Assembly: GCA_041691215.1 (NCBI GenBank)
Contig: JBEPVB010000003.1
Coordinates: 1-44,972, forward strand
From: Chloroflexota bacterium
GTDB taxonomy: Bacteria; Chloroflexota; Limnocylindria; Limnocylindrales; CSP1-4
Reading direction: 5' to 3'
DNA: 44,972 nt
Below, piece after piece: positions 38,722-44,972 of this stretch. The notes below the pieces were generated by a model, which worked only from the letters and a program-made list of their open reading frames with translations, did not search any database and was not told the origin of the DNA. Position 1 is the stretch's first letter. The number at the start of each line of letters is the position of its first letter. A program made the position numbers and the translations under genes.

Positions 38722-41157
38722 ATGCAGACCATCGCCTCAGACAGCTCCGGAGCACCCGCCGAGATCTCGGACGGCCGCCACAGCCTGCGGGTCGTCAAGC
38801 TTCGGCTCGTCCTGACATTGGTAGCGGTGGCCATCGTGCCCTTGGCCGCGGTCGCGCCGCTGATCCGGACGATCATCGACGACCCGCGGGTCGCCCAGCA
38901 CGAACGCCTGGCAGTCCAGAGCGAGCATGTTGCGGCCGAGATCGAGCGCGAGGTCAAGGACCTTGGCCTCGCCGTTGCGGGGGCCGCGGCCGATCCGGCC
39001 ATGCCGGCGGCCCTTGCTGCCAAGCCAGCCTCGGCCAAGGCAAAGGCGGCGACGGCACCGTTGACGGCGGTCCTCCGCCGTCCATCCGGCGTGGTCACCG
39101 CGACGGCGCTCATCGATGCCCGCGGCGCGACGCACGCGGCCGTTGGCGCCCCGGCCGCATTCACCGCCCCGAAACCGGTGTCCGCGGGCGGAGCCTCCTA
39201 CCAGGTGCTCGCGGCCAGCGGCGATCAGCCCGCCGCCCTGGAAGTCATCGTTGCCGTGCCGGGTGCCGCCGGCGGGCCAGCCCTGGGCGCGGTCGCGGCA
39301 GCCGTGCCCCTCGACATGCTGCTGCGATGGGCCAACGAGGACCTGAGCACCGCCGGCGAGCGTCTCGCGATCGTCTCCGCGAGCGACGGGCCGCTGGCCG
39401 CAGTCACCATCCGGGCCGACGTCGGCGCGACGGCGCAGCCGATCCTCGAGGTCACCGCCAACGACCAGTCCCAGGCGACGGGCAGCGCGGCGGTCGATGT
39501 CGCGGGCATGGGCGGCTGGCAGGTCGTTGCCAGCGCCCAGCTGACGGTCGCGTCGGTGCCCCTTCTCGCCCTCGTCACCCTCGTGGCGCTGCTCGGCTTG
39601 CTGATCGTCGCGGCGGCCTGGATGGGTCGTAAGATCCTCGAGCCGGCGGCCGAGCTGGAAGCCCAGCGGGTCCGGTTTCAGGACCTCTACCACTCGGCCC
39701 GGGAAGCGGCCCTCCTCGACAACCTGACCGGCCTTGGCAATCACCGGGCCTTCCAGGAGGCCGTCGCCCGGATGGTCGACCAGGCGCGTCGCTACGGCAC
39801 CCACTTTTCGCTCGTGATGCTCGACATCGACGAGTTCAAGCTCGTCAACGACACCCGCGGCCATGCGACCGGCGATGAGCTCCTGGCCGAGGTCGGTGAG
39901 CTCATCCGGACCACCATCCGAACGGCGGACGCGGGCTTTCGGATCGGCGGCGACGAGTTCGCCATCCTCCTGGCCGAAACGAGCACCCCGGGGGCCGAGG
40001 TCACGGCCCGCCGAATCCTGAGCCGGGGCCTGGAGGACCGGGGCGGCGGCCGGTACAAGGGCGCCATTTCGTTCTCGGCCGGCGTCACGGCCTGCCCCGA
40101 GTTCGGCAAGACCCGCCTCGAGCTGACCGCCCAGGCCGATGCGGCGCTCTATCGGGGGAAGCGGCACGGGCGGACCATCGTCACCGTCTTCGACGCCGCC
40201 AAGGATCGCGGGCACGTCGATGAAGGGATGCGCAGCGAGCTGTCGGCCTCCGTCTCGGCGGTCATCCAAGCCGGCGCCCTGACGCCCGTCTACCAGCCGA
40301 TCGTCCACCTCCCGACGGGCAGAATCCTTGGCTACGAGGGCCTCGTTCGCGTCGACGCCACATCCGGCTTCGCGAACACCGGGGCGCTCTTCGATGCCGC
40401 CGAGGTCGCCGGCCGCGTCCTCGATCTCGATCGGGCGGCGCTCGAGGTCGTCCTGAAGGGCGCCTCGGCCGTCCCGCTCGACACGCTCGTCAGCCTCAAC
40501 GTCTCGCCCCGCAGCTTCGAGGCGCCCGAGTTCAACGCCACGGTCTTCCTGGCGATCCTGCGTCGCCACGGCATGGACCCCAACCGGGTCCTGCTCGAGC
40601 TGACCGAGCGCGATGCCATCCGCGAGCCGGAGCGGCTGCGGACGACGGTCCAGACGCTCCAGGCGGCGGGCGTCCGCGTGGCGGCCGACGATGTCGGCGC
40701 CGGCAATGCCGGGCTGCGCCTTCTCAGCCAGTTCCGGTTCGATGTCGTCAAGATCGATCTCTCGCTCGTCCAGGGCGGCGCCGCCGAGGACCAGACGATG
40801 TCGGTCCTGACCTCGCTCGTCGGGCTTGCCCGGCGCTGGGGTGCCCTCACGATCGCCGAGGGTGTCGAGACGGCCGCCCAGCTGCGGATGATCCGAGAGC
40901 TCGACGTCGATGCCGGCCAGGGCTACCTGCTCGGCCGGCCGGGCGCCGTCTCGGCCGCGAGGATGATGGACCTGGACGCGCTCGCCGAGAGGCCGGGGGG
41001 ACAGCCCTCCACGACGGCGCCGAGTCTTGCACGGGCACCCGTTTCCTTCCAGATTCCGAGTGGCGGATCGTCGGGACCGTCGGCGGCGGTCGCGCCGGTG
41101 CCGACGGCGGCATCCGTCATCGCCGGCCACGGTCCGAGCGTCTTCAGCACGCGCTAG
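38722..41157 (+). CDS. Membrane-anchored GGDEF-EAL diguanylate cyclase/phosphodiesterase
   Basis: Two TMs; DNLTGLGN, DIDEFKLVND, RIGGDEF; YQPI, YEGLVR, DDVGAG, AEGVET, QGYL. Confidence 0.93.
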   Translation: MQTIASDSSGAPAEISDGRHSLRVVKLRLVLTLVAVAIVPLAAVAPLIRTIIDDPRVAQHERLAVQSEHVAAEIEREVKDLGLAVAGAAADPAMPAALAAKPASAKAKAATAPLTAVLRRPSGVVTATALIDARGATHAAVGAPAAFTAPKPVSAGGASYQVLAASGDQPAALEVIVAVPGAAGGPALGAVAAAVPLDMLLRWANEDLSTAGERLAIVSASDGPLAAVTIRADVGATAQPILEVTANDQSQATGSAAVDVAGMGGWQVVASAQLTVASVPLLALVTLVALLGLLIVAAAWMGRKILEPAAELEAQRVRFQDLYHSAREAALLDNLTGLGNHRAFQEAVARMVDQARRYGTHFSLVMLDIDEFKLVNDTRGHATGDELLAEVGELIRTTIRTADAGFRIGGDEFAILLAETSTPGAEVTARRILSRGLEDRGGGRYKGAISFSAGVTACPEFGKTRLELTAQADAALYRGKRHGRTIVTVFDAAKDRGHVDEGMRSELSASVSAVIQAGALTPVYQPIVHLPTGRILGYEGLVRVDATSGFANTGALFDAAEVAGRVLDLDRAALEVVLKGASAVPLDTLVSLNVSPRSFEAPEFNATVFLAILRRHGMDPNRVLLELTERDAIREPERLRTTVQTLQAAGVRVAADDVGAGNAGLRLLSQFRFDVVKIDLSLVQGGAAEDQTMSVLTSLVGLARRWGALTIAEGVETAAQLRMIRELDVDAGQGYLLGRPGAVSAARMMDLDALAERPGGQPSTTAPSLARAPVSFQIPSGGSSGPSAAVAPVPTAASVIAGHGPSVFSTR

Positions 41158-41198
41158 CGGCGGGGGCGTCGTGACGCTCGAATCCCCGACGCCGGACC

Positions 41199-42908
41199 TC
41201 AGCCCATCCCGGACAGGGCGCCGAGGTGCTCGGTCAGGCGGAGGTTCTCTCGATAGTCGATCGGGACCTCGACGAGGGCCGGGCCGTCGACCGCGAGAGC
41301 CTTCATGAGGGTCGGGTAGAGGTCGTCGGCGGAGGTGGGCCGGAAGCCGGCGATGCCGAACGACTGCGCATAGGCCACGAAATCGGGGTTGCCGAACTCG
41401 ACCCCGAAGGGCTTGCCGAACTCGGTCCGCTGCTTCCAGTCGATGAGCCCATAGCCGTCGTCGCGCCAGACGACCACCACGATGTTGGTCCCGATGCGCT
41501 TGGCCGTCTCGAGCTCCTGGGAGTTCATCAGGAAGCCGCCGTCACCGCACAGGGCGACGACCTTGCGGTCGGGGTGGACGAGCTTCGCCGCAATCGCACC
41601 GGGGACCGAGATTCCCATGGCTGCGAACCCGTTGGAGATGATGACCGTGTTGGGCTCGTAGGCCTGGTACAGCCGAGCAACCCAGATCTTGTGGGCCCCG
41701 ACATCGCTGACCACGATGTCCTCCGGGCCGAGGGCTCGGCGAAGCTCAAAGAGCGCCCGCTGCGGCTTGATCGGGTAGCCCTGATCATTCGCGCAGGCCA
41801 GCAGATCCTCGAGCAGTGCCGTCCGGAGATCGGCGTTGACCAGGGTCTCCTTGGCCTCGTGGCGCTCTCCCGCGTCGCGGCCGCTGATCCCGAGCGGGAG
41901 GACTGCGGTGAGGAGCCTGCGGAGGGATCCCTCGATATCGCCGATGAGCTCGACCTCGGGCTGATAGGCCGCGTCGACCTCGGCCGGCTGGGTGTCGATG
42001 TGGATGATCCGCTTCTTCCCATCGGGGTTCCAGCGAGCCGGGGCGTACTCGACCAGGTCATAGCCGACGCAGATGACGAGGTCGGCCCGGTCGAAGCCCG
42101 TGAGGACGTGGTCGCGCGCCTGCAGGCCGACCGCCATGAGCGAGAGGTGGGATCGATCGTCGATTGCGCCCTTACCCATGAACGTCACCGCGACCGGGAC
42201 GTGGAGGCCGCGCGCGAGCGCCCGCAGCGCTGGCGCCGCATGACGCCGGAGGACGCCATTCCCGGCCAGGATCAGCGGCCGCTCGGACCCGGCGATCAGC
42301 CCGGCGGCGTGGTGGATGGCCTCCTCGGTCGGCTCGGGAAAATAGGCCTTGCCCGGCCGGAGGGGCTGGATGGCGTCACCCGATTCGGGGGCCATGGCAG
42401 CGATGTTCTCGGGGAGCTCGATGTGAGTCGGGCCGGGCTTCGAGAGCGTCGCGGTCCGGAATGCCCGGCGGACGATTTCGGGGATCGCATCGACCCGTTC
42501 GACCCGGGTGTTCCACTTGGTGATCGGCTTGAACATCTGGACGATGTCGACGACCTGGTGGGCCTCCTTGTGGAGCTTGTCCGAGCCGGCCTGGCCGGTG
42601 ATCGCGACCATCGGCGCCCGGTCGAGGTAGGCATCGGCGATGCCGGTCATGAGGTTGGTGGCGCCCGGGCCCAGCGTGGCCATGGCCACGGCGGCGCGGC
42701 CGGTCAAGCGGCCGTAGACGTCGGCCATGAAGGCCGCGCCCTGCTCGTGGCGTGTCGTGACATGCCGGATCGAGGGGCTCCGGGAGAGGGCGTCGAGGAC
42801 GTCCATGGTCTCCTCGCCGGGGACCGAGAAGACGAATTCGCAGTTCTCGGCCTCGAGGCACTCGACAAGGAGGTCAGCCGCGGTCCGTGAGGCATGAACG
42901 TGGGACAT
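41199..42908 (-). CDS. Acetolactate synthase large subunit-like TPP enzyme
   Basis: RHEQGAAFMAD, GPGATN, GDGGFLMN. Confidence 0.92.
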   Translation of the reverse strand: MSHVHASRTAADLLVECLEAENCEFVFSVPGEETMDVLDALSRSPSIRHVTTRHEQGAAFMADVYGRLTGRAAVAMATLGPGATNLMTGIADAYLDRAPMVAITGQAGSDKLHKEAHQVVDIVQMFKPITKWNTRVERVDAIPEIVRRAFRTATLSKPGPTHIELPENIAAMAPESGDAIQPLRPGKAYFPEPTEEAIHHAAGLIAGSERPLILAGNGVLRRHAAPALRALARGLHVPVAVTFMGKGAIDDRSHLSLMAVGLQARDHVLTGFDRADLVICVGYDLVEYAPARWNPDGKKRIIHIDTQPAEVDAAYQPEVELIGDIEGSLRRLLTAVLPLGISGRDAGERHEAKETLVNADLRTALLEDLLACANDQGYPIKPQRALFELRRALGPEDIVVSDVGAHKIWVARLYQAYEPNTVIISNGFAAMGISVPGAIAAKLVHPDRKVVALCGDGGFLMNSQELETAKRIGTNIVVVVWRDDGYGLIDWKQRTEFGKPFGVEFGNPDFVAYAQSFGIAGFRPTSADDLYPTLMKALAVDGPALVEVPIDYRENLRLTEHLGALSGMG

Positions 42909-42937
42909 CGCGTGGAAGTGTAGCGATGCGGCGCGGG

Positions 42938-43561
42938 CTATCTCCGGCGCGTGGCCCCTGCGGTCCGGCGACGATTCGGCGCCATCGAGGATACGGGCAT
43001 GGGAGCTCCGGCCGGCTCGGCAGCGAGGCGACGGGTCTGCCTGACTGGAGCCGGCCGCGCGGCGCTCGGGCCGTCGAGCAGCATGATGAGGGCCAGCAGC
43101 ACGCCGCCGCCGCCGAGGGCGGCCGCCAGCCCGCTGGGCTGCGAGAGCGCCGCGACGACGTAACCGAGGCGGGGGACCGCTACCAGCAAGCGGCCCTGGA
43201 CGGACGTTGCCGGGATGATCGACGCGTCGGCGGAGGCGTTGGCGTCGCCCTTGGTCTCGATCCAGAGCCCGTCCGGGCGGTGGACGAGCCGGCTGATCCG
43301 GTGGGTGAAGATCGCCTGGTCGGGGCCAACCTTGATGGTCACGATGTCGCCGACCGCGAGGCTCGAGATGGGGACCGACTCGATGACGATGGCCGAGCCG
43401 AGCGACAGCACCGGCTCCATCGACCCTCCGCCCACCACCAGGACGGAATGCCCGGCCAAGGGCGCGCCCCGGACGAGCAGGACGGTCGCGAGGATGCCGG
43501 TCGCCAGGCCTGCCAGGCCCAGCTCGAGCACGCGCCGCGCGATGCGAGCCGCTGTGGTCAC
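42938..43561 (-). CDS. sipW: SipW-type (Ser/His) signal peptidase I
   Basis: GGSMEP, FTHRI, TKGDANASAD. Confidence 0.88.
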   Translation of the reverse strand: MTTAARIARRVLELGLAGLATGILATVLLVRGAPLAGHSVLVVGGGSMEPVLSLGSAIVIESVPISSLAVGDIVTIKVGPDQAIFTHRISRLVHRPDGLWIETKGDANASADASIIPATSVQGRLLVAVPRLGYVVAALSQPSGLAAALGGGGVLLALIMLLDGPSAARPAPVRQTRRLAAEPAGAPMPVSSMAPNRRRTAGATRRR

Positions 43562-43645
43562 TCGAGCTCCTTCACGAAGCCGAACGCCGGACGCCCGTGG
43601 GGCATCCGGCATGATCGGCATCGTTGTCCTTGGGCTTCAGCCGGC

Positions 43646-44227
43646 TTACGGGTTGTTGGCCGTCTGCTCGGAGGCGAAGGTGAAGGTGGCCGTGGTCGTG
43701 GCGCCCTGGAAGGCGTTGCCCGTGCCCTGCGCCAGGGACCACGCGAAACAGAGGTTCTCGCTCGCCCCGCCGGCCAGCACTCGATCACCGCTCTGGCTCC
43801 CGGTTGCCGGGTTGCCGAAGGACGCGGAACCGAGGGCGGCCGCTCCGTACAGGACCGTGGCCGAGACCGGGCACGCCCCGGCTGCGATGGTGAGCTGGAG
43901 CTGGGTCGCCAGGCCCAGACCGTCCGTGTTCGTGGCGATCGTCGTAAGGGCGTACCGGAGTGAGCCGGTGCCGCTGTTGGTGACGGCCACGGTCTGGGTC
44001 CCGGAATCACCGGGGAAGATGGCCGCGGCCGTGAAGACCGTCGTCGGGGAGAGCGTCAGGCTGATCGTGCCCGTGCTGAACGACGCGGTCGCGTTCTTGG
44101 AATCGGTAAACACGGCGAGGGTGGAGATGCCCGAGCCGAGGGTCAGCACTGCGCTCCCGAGCAGGAGGGCGAGGATTCCGAGGCGGCGCCTGCTGGAGCG
44201 CCGGCCGGGGCTTGCTGTGTCGTTCAA
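43646..44227 (-). CDS. TasA/CalY-like SipW-dependent secreted protein
   Basis: GGAGG RBS + TTG; TLA|VFTD signal end, FSTGTISL, PGDSGT..VTNSG. Confidence 0.8.
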   Translation of the reverse strand: MNDTASPGRRSSRRRLGILALLLGSAVLTLGSGISTLAVFTDSKNATASFSTGTISLTLSPTTVFTAAAIFPGDSGTQTVAVTNSGTGSLRYALTTIATNTDGLGLATQLQLTIAAGACPVSATVLYGAAALGSASFGNPATGSQSGDRVLAGGASENLCFAWSLAQGTGNAFQGATTTATFTFASEQTANNP

Positions 44228-44440
44228 GCGAGAACCTCCGAGGGACGCACCCGTCAGGGTGGTCCGTATCGCCAATCGGTCCGGTGGAGGTGCCACCGCG
44301 ATCGCACGTTGGACACATGGGACTCGCGTTGAGCCAACCGCGTTCTTCGGGCAATTTGGCGTTCACGGTGCGCGGATGCCATAACTCCTCTGGGGGATTC
44401 GCGTAGGAAAATCGTCCTGCCCCGGCAGCCCGGCGCTGCC

Positions 44441-44972
44441 TCATGGCACGACGGTCAGCAGGACATCGTTGCCGTCGCCGCCAACGTACGAAACCAGGGC
44501 GTGGAGACCGCTGCCGAGGAAGTTCGGGATGAGCGCTCCTTCGGCAAGGCCGTTGAACGTGCCGTTGATGGCACCGGCGCCGACCTTGTCCACGATCGTG
44601 AAGGTCTGGCCGAGGGCCGGGCTGAAGCCGCTGATTCCGGCCAGCGACAGGCTGACGGTCGCTCCGATGGTGACGCCGCCGGCCGAGATCCGCTCCTGGT
44701 CGTAGCCGGTCGCGGCGACGGTGCCGCCGATCTCCACGGAGAACGTTGCGCCGGCGGCGAACGTCAGCGCGCCGCTGATCAGGCGGCCCGGCGACCCGCC
44801 CGGGGTCAGCTGCCCGGTCATCGCCACGGTGCCGCCGATCGTGCCCGAACCTCCGAGCCTGGCGCTGGCGGCGACGCTGACGGCGCTGCCAGCGGCCGTG
44901 CTGCCGTCGACCGCCAGGATCCCGGCGCTGACGGTGGTGACCCCGGTGTAGGTATTGGCGGCGGCCAGGGTG
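44441..44972 (-). CDS. C-terminus of an autotransporter-associated beta-strand repeat surface protein (5' part outside window)
   Basis: NTYTGVTTVSAGILAVDG, LGGSGTIGG, GTFNGLAEG, YVGGDGNDV. Confidence 0.8.
   Translation of the reverse strand, partial: TLAAANTYTGVTTVSAGILAVDGSTAAGSAVSVAASARLGGSGTIGGTVAMTGQLTPGGSPGRLISGALTFAAGATFSVEIGGTVAATGYDQERISAGGVTIGATVSLSLAGISGFSPALGQTFTIVDKVGAGAINGTFNGLAEGALIPNFLGSGLHALVSYVGGDGNDVLLTVVP

Noticed and set aside
18315-42890. Long opposite-strand ORFs (18315-20504, 25819-27789, 27808-29493, 38737-41130, 41226-42890)
   Set aside because: Antisense shadows of well-supported genes, expected at high GC; no recognisable motifs
1-44972. CRISPR array, IS element, prophage or anti-phage defence genes
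   Set aside because: No regularly spaced repeats, transposase, integrase or recognisable defence domains seen by eye

Overview
High-GC bacterial chromosome window; gene content suggests a monoderm soil or aquatic lineage such as Chloroflexota or Actinomycetota (inference). About 1-10.9 kb is a mosaic, partly decayed region around a tRNA-Gly(CCC). It holds AraC, an ArsR-SRPBCC-SnoaL-DUF1905 operon, a CocE/NonD hydrolase whose frame runs antisense through the tRNA, CsbD, a USP-like protein, a group I truncated globin with a divergent Cys-rich regulator, and several gene remnants. About 11-23 kb holds a secreted C39-like peptidase, COG4280-RpiR-dehydrogenase genes, two ECF sigma/anti-sigma pairs, TMEM175 and a non-pyrrolysine MttB. 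The best candidate for an undescribed system is 23.4-33.8 kb, a cluster of small general-stress-type proteins (YggT, GlsB/YeaQ, LEA-like, mini ferritin-like, micro-ORFs, CorA, GT2). It is interleaved with a PAS/GAF histidine kinase and an OmpR-family regulator, and its intergenic regions share hexamer repeats (TGYNAN-like) phased 11 bp apart. About 33.9-45 kb holds a degenerate lysine 5,6-aminomutase alpha-like gene in an operon with a MoaD-MoaE fusion, an MBL hydrolase, a GGDEF-EAL protein, acetolactate synthase, and a SipW/TasA-like pair next to a truncated beta-helix surface protein. No CRISPR array, integrase or transposase was seen. All calls come from motif recognition by eye; no searches were run.
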